A stretch of DNA of 61,605 nucleotides, filler included, from an uncultured bacterium (GCA_964449065.1; 20 parts of 20 records of this genome joined end to end with filler, not necessarily neighbours in it); one strand, 5' to 3'. Numbered from the whole stretch's first letter, positions 9,188 through 19,303 are shown. Translations and numbers: made by a program. Notes: generated by a model not told the origin, from the sequence alone.

Positions 9188-9552
9188 GGTGTTTCATCCA
9201 AACTCCACCATTGCATACCGGGTGAGTCGTAGATCACAACATCGCACAAATAGGCTTTTGAGCCGGGAAGATCGGAAGCCAATTGCATGGTTGCATTGGC
9301 GGGTACTCCACTCAATGAATCCCGCCACAGCATCTCACCGGCTGGCAGTTTTCCGCTGGAGGTTTGATGCGTCATGTTGCCGGATGAATCAAAAATCCGT
9401 ATATCATACGATGAGGGATTCTGATGCAGGCTGAGTATGTAAAAGAACAATGTATGCTTTTTATTTCCAGCGAAACGGTTTGGGATGGGGATCAATATCT
9501 TATCATCCGATAGAGCGGTATCGTTCCATACGGGATTGGTATTGCTTAACCG
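9184..9552 (-). CDS. Hypothetical protein, C-terminal part
   Basis: ORF overlapping the next start by 4 nt (ATGA coupling); begins near the contig edge. Confidence 0.55.
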   Translation of the reverse strand, partial: RLSNTNPVWNDTALSDDKILIPIPNRFAGNKKHTLFFYILSLHQNPSSYDIRIFDSSGNMTHQTSSGKLPAGEMLWRDSLSGVPANATMQLASDLPGSKAYLCDVVIYDSPGMQWWSLDETP

Positions 9553-9714
9553 NNNNNNNNNNNNNNNNNNNNNNNNNNNNNNNNNNNNNNNNNNNNTTAA
9601 TTAATTAANNNNNNNNNNNNNNNNNNNNNNNNNNNNNNNNNNNNNNNNNNNNTGGATGCCATTATTGCCGGACAAAACATTCAGCAGACGCAAACCATTG
9701 ACCGCCCTGCCAAG

Positions 9715-10128
9715 ATGACAATGCAAACTATGCAGCAGGATATGACGCAGCAGTCGAATGATTCATCCGAACAGAAAAAGGGATTCTTCGGCGCGATGGG
9801 ATCATTTTTTAAGAACATCGCCAGCGGTTTGACTCTCGGTATTTACCGCCCGGGTAATGAATCTTCACCGCAAGGGGCTGCGCGGGTGTTGGAACCGTTT
9901 AAGAAGTTATTTTGGGACGCGCCGAAGTCGTTGATTGTGGATGCGCCTGTTGGTGCCTACCGCGACATTAAAAATGCAGGGCAAGATGATGAAGCAAAAA
10001 GTCAATCGGTTGCCATGGATGAAAAAATGCAAAAGGTGATAGAGGCGGGCGAAAAGACAATTGAGCGGCGACGGGTGAAGCCGTTTGCCATGTCTGGCAA
10101 ACCAGGATTTTCACAACGATACAGTTAA
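9715..10128 (+). CDS. Hypothetical protein (5' end may lie beyond the contig edge)
   Basis: Open frame converging on yjbQ. Confidence 0.6.
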   Translation: MTMQTMQQDMTQQSNDSSEQKKGFFGAMGSFFKNIASGLTLGIYRPGNESSPQGAARVLEPFKKLFWDAPKSLIVDAPVGAYRDIKNAGQDDEAKSQSVAMDEKMQKVIEAGEKTIERRRVKPFAMSGKPGFSQRYS

Positions 10129-10545
10129 TCATTCCCCAATGATTTTGATGAGGGCGCGTTTTTTGCGGCGTCCGTCGAACTCGCCGTAGAAGATTTGTTC
10201 CCAGGGGCCGAAATCCAACTGGCCATCGGTGATGGCTACAACAACCTCACGCCCCATAATCTGACGCTTCATGTGGGCATCGGCGTTGTCTTCTCCAACA
10301 TTATGTCGGTATTGCTGCACGGGTTCATGCGGGGCGAGTTTTTCCAGCCAATCGTCGTAATCGGCATGAAGGCCGGATTCATCGTCGTTGATAAACACGC
10401 TGGCGGTGATGTGCATAGCGTTGCAGAGTACAAACCCGTTTTGCACACCGCTTTCCCGCACACATTCCTCTACCTGCGGCGTGATGTTCACGAACCCCCG
10501 GCGGGAGGGTACATTAAACCAAAGTTCTTTGCGGAAATGTTTCAT
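10129..10545 (-). CDS. yjbQ: YjbQ/UPF0047 family protein
   Basis: [44 protein letters not shown]. Confidence 0.95.
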   Translation of the reverse strand: MKHFRKELWFNVPSRRGFVNITPQVEECVRESGVQNGFVLCNAMHITASVFINDDESGLHADYDDWLEKLAPHEPVQQYRHNVGEDNADAHMKRQIMGREVVVAITDGQLDFGPWEQIFYGEFDGRRKKRALIKIIGE

Positions 10546-10553
10546 GAGAATCC

Positions 10554-11075
10554 TCAGGAAAAAACAGTCGGCCTTTTGCTTTTTGAGGTGTTGTCCGCTT
10601 TAAAGGGCATTTGGTCGGGATCAACACCTTTCATTTCTCCCTTTTGTTTGCGGATGAATTTATCCAGATAACCCGGGTTGGACATTTGCACTTCCAGCAA
10701 TTCAAAACTGTTTTCAACCGAGGCAGGGAGCACGAGACGTTTAAAATCATCGACTTGCAAAAAGCCGTTGACCAAACACCAGATTAGCATCAACTTTTTT
10801 TGGTGGATTTCATACGGCCACTCAAAGTCTTCCATAAACTTATTGATAGAGACACTTTGTTCTTGTTCGTATAAGTATTGGTAGATTGAAAACAAAATGC
10901 CGTAGAATTTATCGTAACACTCTTTATCCGGTTTATATTCTTGGGTATGAAAATTTGGAAAGGCTTTGAGTTCTTCGTCATACAACGCGCCGAAGTTGTC
11001 GCCACAGATGACGCATTCGAGATGCAGTTTCTTACGGGCATGGCTTTTGGGTAGGGCTTTCGGATTTATCGGCAT
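10554..11075 (-). CDS. Hypothetical protein with CxxC motif
   Basis: GGAGG RBS; ends 8 nt upstream of yjbQ. Confidence 0.7.
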   Translation of the reverse strand: MPINPKALPKSHARKKLHLECVICGDNFGALYDEELKAFPNFHTQEYKPDKECYDKFYGILFSIYQYLYEQEQSVSINKFMEDFEWPYEIHQKKLMLIWCLVNGFLQVDDFKRLVLPASVENSFELLEVQMSNPGYLDKFIRKQKGEMKGVDPDQMPFKADNTSKSKRPTVFS

Positions 11076-11326
11076 GGCTCAACCTCCAAGGACAATTCCA
11101 CTATAATATGAATCATTCAATTTAAGGTATTCTATTTCGAAAATGGGTTCAAAAAAAGTAACCAATGTAACGAATGGTTAAAATGTAATATTTCGTTACA
11201 TGGCTGTTGTGATCTTCTTGAAATTCTATTGTATGCATTATTTTGGATATGTAGAGATCATAAAATTGCTACACCGAACAAAGCTTGATAGCATGTCTGT
11301 TTCAACATAAAAACAGAGGATGATAA

Positions 11327-12400
11327 ATGAATTTTCTGCAAAAAATCCGGGATGTTTTATATAAAAAACAATACAATTATGAACTCTTGCGGGGGTATTT
11401 TGACCATTTGTTTATTGAAAACGGAGAACTGGTTGTAAGTGGGTGGATGCTGCATAACGATGGACCCTATGATGCAATTGAGATTTTCATGAACGGTGAA
11501 CCGGTTGGAATAGCAGAACAGGTAGAGCGTCCTGATGTGGCAGAGGCACTTACTCATATTCCCAAAGCAATGCAATGCGGTTTCGCGAAACGGTTTTCCT
11601 GCAAATGGCATGATGAGGATGAAAATCGAATCGACATTGAAGCGTGTGGTAAGATTCATGGTGAGATCAAAGACCGAATGCGGACAACCTATTACCGTAA
11701 TATGTATGAGGAAATCCCTGCTCCTCCTAAGAATTTGATTGAGCGGGTAGATGAAATCCCTGACCGCTCATTCTATGTATTAAAGGGGGCGCAAAATTAC
11801 AGCGAGTTCCGTTCAATTTTAAAGCGCAATTTCCCGGATAAGCAATTCGATACCATTCTCGATTGGGGCAGCGGCAGCGGCCGGTTGACATCCTTTTTCA
11901 AACGGTATTTTGACCACAAAGAAATTTACGCCTGTGATGTGGATGAACAGGCAATTGCATGGAGCAAAGAAAACATCCCCAGCGTAGCGTTTCAAACGGT
12001 GTCGCCTTTTCCTCCGGTTCCCTATTCGGATAATCAGTTTGATTTGGTTATCGCGTTTTCCGTATTGACGCATCTCAGCAGAGAGATGCAGGCGGAATGG
12101 CTGCCGGAAATCAAACGCATTCTTAAACCGGACGGCGTTATCATCGCTACGCTGCATGGCAAAGCGGCCGCGAAGACGGTGTTGTCACCGGAAGAATTTC
12201 AGCAAATTGAACAAGCGAATTTCAAAGATGATATTTATGACGAACGGATGAACGACATTTTTCCGGATCAATATTACCGCGCGTCATTTCAACTGAAAGC
12301 ATACACCTTCAAAGAATATACAAAGTGGTTTGAGATAGTGGATTATGTGGAAAAGGGCGCCAGCAAGTATCACGATATTATCGTGATGCGGAAAGCGTAA
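11327..12400 (+). CDS. Class I SAM-dependent methyltransferase with N-terminal beta-rich domain (glycan-associated type)
   Basis: ILDWGSGSGR, ACDVD, FDLVIAFSVLTHL, EIKRILKPDG; N-terminal SGW...RPDVA motif. Confidence 0.88.
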   Translation: MNFLQKIRDVLYKKQYNYELLRGYFDHLFIENGELVVSGWMLHNDGPYDAIEIFMNGEPVGIAEQVERPDVAEALTHIPKAMQCGFAKRFSCKWHDEDENRIDIEACGKIHGEIKDRMRTTYYRNMYEEIPAPPKNLIERVDEIPDRSFYVLKGAQNYSEFRSILKRNFPDKQFDTILDWGSGSGRLTSFFKRYFDHKEIYACDVDEQAIAWSKENIPSVAFQTVSPFPPVPYSDNQFDLVIAFSVLTHLSREMQAEWLPEIKRILKPDGVIIATLHGKAAAKTVLSPEEFQQIEQANFKDDIYDERMNDIFPDQYYRASFQLKAYTFKEYTKWFEIVDYVEKGASKYHDIIVMRKA

Positions 12401-12454
12401 ATTTTGTCTATCTGTTGACCTGTATCATCATCATTTAAACTTTAATATGGACTT

Positions 12455-12480
12455 TGGGAGGGCGAGGCTCCCGCCGAGCC
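12455..12480 (+). repeat. 26-bp REP-like element TGGGAGGGCGAGGCTCCCGCCGAGCC
   Basis: Same sequence at 46896, 46966 and inverted at 49873-49996; degenerate copy at 21654. Confidence 0.9.
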
Positions 12481-12526
12481 GGACGCACTCTTTGACTTTG
12501 AATGATACATACACTATAAAGTAATA

Positions 12527-12617
12527 GAGCAATTCAGGTTTGCGTAGAGGTATAAAGTTTACATATATATACCGGCTGGAAGCCGATGCTACCCGGCTAT
12601 TCAACTCTGAAACACTC
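12527..12617. mobile_element. MITE family B copy carrying a GTAG-type REP hairpin
   Basis: Ends GAGCAATTCAGGTTTG ... CAACTCTGAAACACTC shared with 39345-39446 and 57229-57338. Confidence 0.7.
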
Positions 12618-12620
12618 TGG

Positions 12621-12736
12621 TACAGTGTCAACGTTTTATTGACGGGTGTCGATCCCCCCTACCCCCCTTATCAAGGGGGGCAACAACGGATAACCAGCCG
12701 TCATTTTTTGATTGACAGACTACTAGTACAGTGTCA
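12621..12736. mobile_element. MITE-like family C copy (12621-12722) plus the start of a second tandem copy
   Basis: TACAGTGTCAA...TTGACAGACTA imperfect IR flanked by CTGG/CTAG; right half matches 40392-40456. Confidence 0.55.
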
Positions 12737-12836
12737 NNNNNNNNNNNNNNNNNNNNNNNNNNNNNNNNNNNNNNNNNNNNTTAATTAATTAANNNNNNNN
12801 NNNNNNNNNNNNNNNNNNNNNNNNNNNNNNNNNNNN

Positions 12837-12986
12837 CGGCACCGGCTTGTTGAGGATGAGCCCCATGGCGTGGTCTGGACCGTGGCTGCAGATCAGGATG
12901 ACGGCATGGGAAAATCTGCCATCGCCAATGCCCGGCATGGCGATCAGGAGCTTGCCGCAGAGCGTGCTTTCATCCTCACTGTCCAT
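12837..12986 (-). CDS. YqgE/AlgH family protein, N-terminal fragment
   Basis: [25 protein letters not shown]...AMGLILNKP. Confidence 0.9.
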
Positions 12987-13122
12987 GGATCTTATCGTGC
13001 GGGAAGGGCTGGTTTCGCGCAAGAGCTGATTCCCTCAGGCTTTGGGATGACAGAGAGTGGCGCGCTCGCCGCCGTCGGCCTATGTTCGTGGCATTAACAC
13101 CCATCATGAGGAGACAAGCGCC

Positions 13123-13605
13123 ATGAGCATCAAGGTCGGAGATAAGCTGCCGGACACCACTTTCATGGAGATGACCGGAAACGGACCGGAGCCGCGGACC
13201 ACGGCAGACATCTTTGCCAGAAAGACGGTGGTCTTCTTCGCCGTGCCCGGCGCCTTCACGCCAACCTGCTCGGCCCGCCACCTGCCGGGCTTTGTCGAGA
13301 AAGCCGACGAATTGAAAGCGAAGGGCATCGATGAGATCGTCTGTTCGGCTGTGAATGACGTGTTCGTGATGGACGCCTGGGGCCAGTCGGCCGGAGCGGG
13401 CGATAAGGTGCGCATGCTGGCCGATGGCAATGGCGCGTTTGCGAAGGCGCTCGGGCTGGAACTCGATGCGTCAGGCTTCGGCATGGGCGAACGCTCCCAG
13501 CGCTATTCAATGATCGTCAAGGACGGCGTGGTGAGCGAGCTGAATGTCGAGGATGGCGGCGAGTTCAAGGTGTCGAGCGCCGATTACATGCTGGGGCAGC
13601 TCTAG
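13123..13605 (+). CDS. Peroxiredoxin, Prx5 subfamily
   Basis: VPGAFTPTCSARHLP, VNDVFVM.AW, RSQRYSM; GAGGAG RBS before ATG 13123. Confidence 0.95.
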   Translation: MSIKVGDKLPDTTFMEMTGNGPEPRTTADIFARKTVVFFAVPGAFTPTCSARHLPGFVEKADELKAKGIDEIVCSAVNDVFVMDAWGQSAGAGDKVRMLADGNGAFAKALGLELDASGFGMGERSQRYSMIVKDGVVSELNVEDGGEFKVSSADYMLGQL

Positions 13606-13632
13606 ATTGAGATGCCAAAGCGGAGGCAGACG

Positions 13633-14466
13633 ATGCGTTATTCCGTTTCAACTCTGGCGGTGTTCTTGTCGATGACTGTGCCAGCGGCATCACAAACCGT
13701 TCCGGCGACCGACCTCGTGGCGCCCGAAGGTCCCGTAACAATTCGGCTGGCACCTGATATGGTCAACCGCTGCACCGTAGTTACTAAAGATGATACTGAA
13801 GTCACTGAAGAGACCCATTTCGAAATAACCGAGAAAGTGGGTGACAGGCTACGAATTACGATCGTTCCAGACGCCAACGAGCCCCTTCGCATTCGCGCCG
13901 AATTATCCGGCAACGGCTCGATCGGCAATTTCGAGGCCGCGCCCGATGGTGTGATTTTCGTTGCGGCGGAAGACGCCGACGAAATGTCCATGACGATCGC
14001 CTTGGCGATGAAGGGGGCCTACGAGACCGTGACTGCGGCGCAACGCAGCTTCGAAGTGGGCGATCGGCTTTTCGACTATCCGGGTTATGAACGCGATCTG
14101 GAAGCTGCCATGGTATATGCGGTGCTCGAAGAGGCGCAGGAAGACCCTTCCTTCGAGTTTGAAGCCAGACTGGTCAGCCTGGATGATCGAACTGAATTTG
14201 TGGGGCTTGAAAAGGCGAGCGGAAACTTCGTTTTTTCCGGGAACGCGTCAGCTACGATCAAGATGGGGATCAGGGGCGTTCCTGGTTCGGAAATGAGAGT
14301 CCGGATCGATGTTCAGGGCCGATCTGTGTTTGATCGAAGCAATGGCTTTCTCACGGGCAACATCGTCGATGGGCAGATGGCATTTCTATCCACCGACGAT
14401 GTGGAGCCCTTAGCGTTACCTATACGTGTGACAACCAACTGTGAAATCCATACCGTGCAGTTCTGA
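13633..14466 (+). CDS. Hypothetical exported protein
   Basis: Signal-peptide-like MRYSVSTLAVFLSMTVPAASQ; long ORF. Confidence 0.7.
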   Translation: MRYSVSTLAVFLSMTVPAASQTVPATDLVAPEGPVTIRLAPDMVNRCTVVTKDDTEVTEETHFEITEKVGDRLRITIVPDANEPLRIRAELSGNGSIGNFEAAPDGVIFVAAEDADEMSMTIALAMKGAYETVTAAQRSFEVGDRLFDYPGYERDLEAAMVYAVLEEAQEDPSFEFEARLVSLDDRTEFVGLEKASGNFVFSGNASATIKMGIRGVPGSEMRVRIDVQGRSVFDRSNGFLTGNIVDGQMAFLSTDDVEPLALPIRVTTNCEIHTVQF

Positions 14467-14609
14467 GCTTTTCTGCGCGCCAGATGGAGCAAATCAGGGT
14501 AAACACGTTCCTAGCCGGGGGCGCATTTTCCTTTTTTCGATGATGCTATATTGAAAAACAGAAACCCCCATAAGTGAACAATAGTTCATGAAATAGAAAG
14601 GGGAGACAC

Positions 14610-15578
14610 ATGGACCCACTCATCATTCCGATCATTCTCGTCGTCGTTGGCGTGATCCTTGTCACTTCGGCGCTGAAATTCGTGCCGCAGGGCTTCAACT
14701 ACACCGTTGAACGGTTCGGGCGTTACACCAAGACGCTGTCGCCCGGCATGCATGTCATCGTGCCCGTCATGGACCGTGTGGGGCGGAAAATGAACATGAT
14801 GGAGACGGTGCTCGACATCCCGACCCAGGAGGTCATCACCCGGGACAATGCCCAGGTGTCGTGTGATGCCGTGGTATTCACTCAGGTGATCGACCCGGTT
14901 GCGGCAGCCTATGAGGTCAACAATCTCAATAATGCCATCCAGAATCTGTCGCTCACCAATATCCGTTCCGTGGTGGGTTCGATGGACCTCGACGAGGTGC
15001 TGTCCAACCGCGACGACATCAATGCGCGGCTGTTGCGCATCGTCGATGCCGCCACCAATCCGTGGGGCGTGAAGGTGACCCGGATCGAGATTGCTGACCT
15101 GTCGCCTCCCGCCGACATCACCGAGGCCATGGCCAGGCAGATGAAGGCGGAACGCCTGAAGCGGGCCGAAATCCTGACCGCCGAAGGACAGAAACAGTCC
15201 GCCATTCTCAAGGCTGAGGGTCAGAAGCAATCCCAGATCCTCGAGGCTGAGGGCCGACGCGAAGCGGCCTTCCGCGACGCTGAAGCCCGCGAGCGTGAGG
15301 CCGAAGCCGAGGCCAAGGCGACAGCCTTCGTGTCGGAAGCCATCGCCAAGGGCGACGTGAACGCCATCAATTACTTCCTCGGCCAGCAATATGTGACCGC
15401 GTTCGAGGCGCTGGCGAAGTCGCCAAACGCAAAGACGGTGATCATCCCGGCCGAGTTTTCCTCCATCCTCGGCACGATTGAGGGCATCAAGGGCCTGACC
15501 GAAGGTGCCAAGGCCGCGCGTGATGCAACGACCGCGTCACCGTCCACGGCGGTGCCGCCGGCCGGAAGGCGCGACTGA
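14610..15578 (+). CDS. SPFH/band 7 (QmcA/paraslipin-like) protein
   Basis: VPQG..TVERFGRY, QEVITRDNA, WGVKVTRIEI, QMKAER..RA.IL.AEG. Confidence 0.95.
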   Translation: MDPLIIPIILVVVGVILVTSALKFVPQGFNYTVERFGRYTKTLSPGMHVIVPVMDRVGRKMNMMETVLDIPTQEVITRDNAQVSCDAVVFTQVIDPVAAAYEVNNLNNAIQNLSLTNIRSVVGSMDLDEVLSNRDDINARLLRIVDAATNPWGVKVTRIEIADLSPPADITEAMARQMKAERLKRAEILTAEGQKQSAILKAEGQKQSQILEAEGRREAAFRDAEAREREAEAEAKATAFVSEAIAKGDVNAINYFLGQQYVTAFEALAKSPNAKTVIIPAEFSSILGTIEGIKGLTEGAKAARDATTASPSTAVPPAGRRD

Positions 15579-15651
15579 CGCACCCCTTGCGGCGGCGGGG
15601 TTGGTCCCTCGCCGCCCCTGATTTCATGTCCGGCACAGAAAGGAGTTTTCC

Positions 15652-15918
15652 ATGGCTGCCATTGTTGACTTCCTCACCCCGCTGACGGTCTGGCACTGGG
15701 TGGCGCTTGGCCTTGTGCTGATCGGCATCGAGATGCTGATCGGCACATTCGACCTGCTCTGGATAGGCACGGCCGCCCTCCTGACGGGGCTCTATTCCAG
15801 CGGTCTGATCCCGCTTCCGGCGGCCATGGAGACTTGGCAGGCACAGATCGCCGCCTTTGTTATCCTCGCCATTGTGCTTGTGATTGTCGGACGCACCGCC
15901 TTTGCGGGCCTGCGCAAC
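15652..15918 (+). CDS. NfeD family protein (partial)
   Basis: WHWVALGLVLIGIEML...LLWIG; classic partner downstream of an SPFH gene. Confidence 0.85.
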
Positions 15919-16082
15919 NNNNNNNNNNNNNNNNNNNNNNNNNNNNNNNNNNNNNNNNNNNNTTAATTAATTAANNNNNNNNNNNNNNNNNNNNNNNNNN
16001 NNNNNNNNNNNNNNNNNNTCGGTGCTTGTCAATAATCACTGTTTTTAGGGTAATGGACGCATCTTGACTTTCGAAAGGATGT

Positions 16083-16120
16083 AAATAAAAAGCCTCTCAC
16101 AGCGATAGTGTAAGAGGCTT
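16083..16120 (-). terminator. Intrinsic terminator
   Basis: AAGCCTCT/AGAGGCTT stem with a U-tract on the minus strand, downstream of 16158..16943. Confidence 0.7.
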
Positions 16121-16157
16121 CATCGTATCATAGTTCCTAGTATTTTAGCGAAATTGC

Positions 16158-16943
16158 TTAGAACAATTCCCAATCGGCAACTTCCGTATCACCCAAGGCC
16201 ATGAGGGCTTGTATTTCTTCTTGCGATAATTCACGGCTATGGATGCGAATTTCATCCACCAAGCCGATGTAGAATTGATTGATTGTCCCTTGCAGGCGGC
16301 TGCCGATTTCTACCGGGGTACCGCCGCCGTCAAATCCAGCGGTGTCAATGATGACATCTGGATTGCCCATGCCGGATACTGCTTCCAATTCTCCGTCAAT
16401 ATAGTGGCGTACATCTTCCATCAAAAACCCACCATCAATGAATACGGACGCAACATGATGCCATTCTCCATCATTGAGAACGGTAGACCCAATGATGAAA
16501 GACCCTTGAATTTCCGTACGAATTGCACCGACTGTTCCATTATCGGCAGTTTGATTCATGCGGGTATGCCATTTGGTACCGTTTTCTGTTGATAACCCCC
16601 ACCCCACGATACCGCTGGAGTCGTCTACCACCCAATCGGTGCGAACCCAATAGGTGATGGTACGCGCGGTGTCGCCTGTAATGCCATCCCAATCCGGTAT
16701 GATTAAATCGTCATCCCCGTCAAACTCTAGCGCCCCGCCGCGTTTGCCACCGACCCACTGTGCCTGTCCGTTGCGGAACTCGGCATCGCGCCCGTTGCCG
16801 GACGCATCAGCCGCTACGGTACCGCCGCCTTCATCCAGACTGAGATAGGCTTCCAAATTCGAATCGATATCCTGCGCCAAAACACTTGTTGCAACAAATA
16901 AACCGCTAAACAAAACCGCTAATCCCCATACTTTCTCCATCAT
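16158..16943 (-). CDS. Secreted LamG/concanavalin-A-like protein
   Basis: Signal peptide; LDEGGGTVAADASGNG, GALEFDG, DGEWHHVA, DEIRIHSRELS; GGAGG RBS. Confidence 0.9.
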   Translation of the reverse strand: MMEKVWGLAVLFSGLFVATSVLAQDIDSNLEAYLSLDEGGGTVAADASGNGRDAEFRNGQAQWVGGKRGGALEFDGDDDLIIPDWDGITGDTARTITYWVRTDWVVDDSSGIVGWGLSTENGTKWHTRMNQTADNGTVGAIRTEIQGSFIIGSTVLNDGEWHHVASVFIDGGFLMEDVRHYIDGELEAVSGMGNPDVIIDTAGFDGGGTPVEIGSRLQGTINQFYIGLVDEIRIHSRELSQEEIQALMALGDTEVADWELF

Positions 16944-17716
16944 ACATCCTCCCTATATGGAATAAATTGAATATAAGTACAACCATAACACATTCTAAAC
17001 ACGTTTGTAAATAGGGCTTGTCCGGAAAAGGGATATTTACGGAAAAGATATGGAGTTGTTTGGCTTCTTTTGGCAGCACAGCCCCGCTTGGCGTTGGTGG
17101 TTTCGTTGACATTCCGGGCGGTACGTTCCCAGATTTTCTCCCGAATGGATGGACTGCTATTGATGTGTAAAAGCGATGCCAAGATGGGGATGATTTCATC
17201 CTGGCAATTTTAACTCAACATCAAGGGCTTACATCTTAAAAAGACAGACACGAAGAAGAATTTTTAAAATACTACTTGACAATTCCATGAAATAACTTTA
17301 CTTTTATAGGTAATTTATTGTGGTATTATAAAAGTTTTTATTTTACAAAATGAAAATATATTTTCATAATTATTGACAAAATAGAAAAGATACGATATTC
17401 TTCATGAGTATATAAAAATTGAATCGATAAACGATCCGGAATCAAGTTACCCGCTCTAGGGTATTCAACACGCTTCGTGGGAGAACCATTCAATTTCGAT
17501 ACCCTTCCTTCAAAACATCGAATAACGATTGCATTGCCTGCGTCCAACTGAATGGTTCTCCCCGTTTTTTTTTTACAATTCACATAATAAAATTATCACA
17601 AAACAGACTAAAACAAAAACAGCGGCAAATAAGCGGCCCCATTGTACAAAACATTGTTGTATTTGTATAATGAAATAAGCGAACCGTATGCCAATTCGTT
17701 TAAAAAGGAGAAATAC

Positions 17717-18694
17717 ATGCTCATTCGCCAAAAGCCGATTCTAACAGAAAACCAAGTCACGCCGGAAGTGCTATACCGCAACCGCCGCGCGTTCTTAAAG
17801 ACCGCTATATCGGCAGGAACATTAACATCGGTCGGCGCGTTTTCCGCCGGGATGTTAGGGTGCGGAAACTCTTCATCCACCACCGCGGCAGCCGCAACAA
17901 AGCCGTTTGAAAACCTAAAATCCAGCGCGTTGAGCACGGACGAAGAACCAACCGGTAAAGATTATGTAACCAATTATGTAAACTTCTACGAATTCGGTTT
18001 GGATAAAACCTCTCCGATCGAAAACGCCCAAAAAATGGAAACCGATCCCTGGTCGGTTGAAGTGGAAGGCGAATGCGGCAAACCCGGCAAATACACTCTG
18101 GAAGACATGTTAAAACCGCATGATCTGGAAGAACGCATTTACCGCTTCCGTTGTGTGGAAACCTGGTCGGCGGTGATTCCCTGGGTCGGCTTTCCGCTTG
18201 GTGATTTGTTAAAACGCTTCGAGCCCACTGATAACGCGAAGTTCGTGCAGTTCTTCACGCTGCTTGATCCCCAAGTGATGCCCACGGTGATGGGCAATGT
18301 GTTGGATTGGCCCTACCGCGAAGGCTTGCGCATGGATGAAGCCATGCATCCGCTTACCTTGGCTGCTGTGGGAATGTACGGCAGCACCATGCCCAAACAA
18401 AACGGAGCGCCGATTCGCTTGGTCGTTCCATGGAAATATGGCTTTAAAAGCATTAAAAGCCTCGTGAAAATCGTATTTACCGGGACCAAACCCAAAACCG
18501 CTTGGAACATGTCCATCCCGCGTGAATACGGCTTTTACGCCAATGTCAATCCGGAAGTCGCCCACCCGCGTTGGAGCCAGGCACGCGAACAACGCTTGGG
18601 CGAGTTTATGAAACGCAATACGGAAAAGTTCAACGGATACGGCGAACAAGTCGCCAGCCTCTATTCCGGCATGGATTTGGAAAAATATTACTAA
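17717..18694 (+). CDS. msrP: Protein-methionine-sulfoxide reductase catalytic subunit
   Basis: VTPE..Y.NRRAFL Tat motif, NFYEFG, RFRCVETWS, NGAPIRLVVPWKYGFKSIKS, EYGFYANVNP, HPRWSQA; AAGGAG RBS. Confidence 0.97.
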   Translation: MLIRQKPILTENQVTPEVLYRNRRAFLKTAISAGTLTSVGAFSAGMLGCGNSSSTTAAAATKPFENLKSSALSTDEEPTGKDYVTNYVNFYEFGLDKTSPIENAQKMETDPWSVEVEGECGKPGKYTLEDMLKPHDLEERIYRFRCVETWSAVIPWVGFPLGDLLKRFEPTDNAKFVQFFTLLDPQVMPTVMGNVLDWPYREGLRMDEAMHPLTLAAVGMYGSTMPKQNGAPIRLVVPWKYGFKSIKSLVKIVFTGTKPKTAWNMSIPREYGFYANVNPEVAHPRWSQAREQRLGEFMKRNTEKFNGYGEQVASLYSGMDLEKYY

Positions 18695-18968
18695 CTGATG
18701 TTACGCAATTGATGATCTAATATTGCTAAAAAAGGGGTTTGTTAAAGACCAAATTTTCTAAATCAAACGCAAGGTCTATCGTCTTTTCCCTTTGGGAGAA
18801 GATAAGTGATGAGGGTGATGAGAGTGATTGCTCCCAATGACGCAGTAGGGTAATTAGATGTTTATTCCTCCCGAACCCTCACCCCGTCCCTCTCCCGGAG
18901 GGCGAGGGCGATGGATTCAGCGAACGATGAGAAAAACGGGCATATCTTAATGTAGCGCGTAACATGAG
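18695..18968. mobile_element. MITE family A, complete copy (274 bp)
   Basis: TIRs CTGATGTTACGC / GCGTAACATGAG; TAA on both sides (18692-94, 18969-71); no ORF; homologous fragments at 1-52, 22169-22238, 22339-22436 and about 34027-34165. Confidence 0.8.
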
Positions 18969-18971
18969 TAA

Positions 18972-19082
18972 CTCATGTTACGCAACGAAGAGACTGTCGT
19001 TGTTATCCCCCCTTATTAAGGGGGGGTAGGGGGGATCGAAGCACGCTTTCAACAACGCAAAATCCCCCGGAGCCTACGGCTC
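18972..19082. mobile_element. MITE family A variant (same TIR, different interior), truncated by contig end
   Basis: TAA|CTCATGTTACGCAACGAAGAGACTGTCGTT..., near-identical to 58587-58653. Confidence 0.7.
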
Positions 19083-19303
19083 NNNNNNNNNNNNNNNNNN
19101 NNNNNNNNNNNNNNNNNNNNNNNNNNTTAATTAATTAANNNNNNNNNNNNNNNNNNNNNNNNNNNNNNNNNNNNNNNNNNNNTGAGAAAATCGATTCGAT
19201 TTTTTGAATATGCACTTCATATCGCTGACCTGTTACAATAAAAGATGGTAGATGTTTCTGCGTTGTTTTTCCTATGAAACATTTGTGAATGTATTCTTCC
19301 GGC

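Noticed and set aside
16944..17716. Long intergenic region as a possible ncRNA or riboswitch
   Set aside because: No recognisable conserved RNA motif by eye; a Rfam scan would be needed
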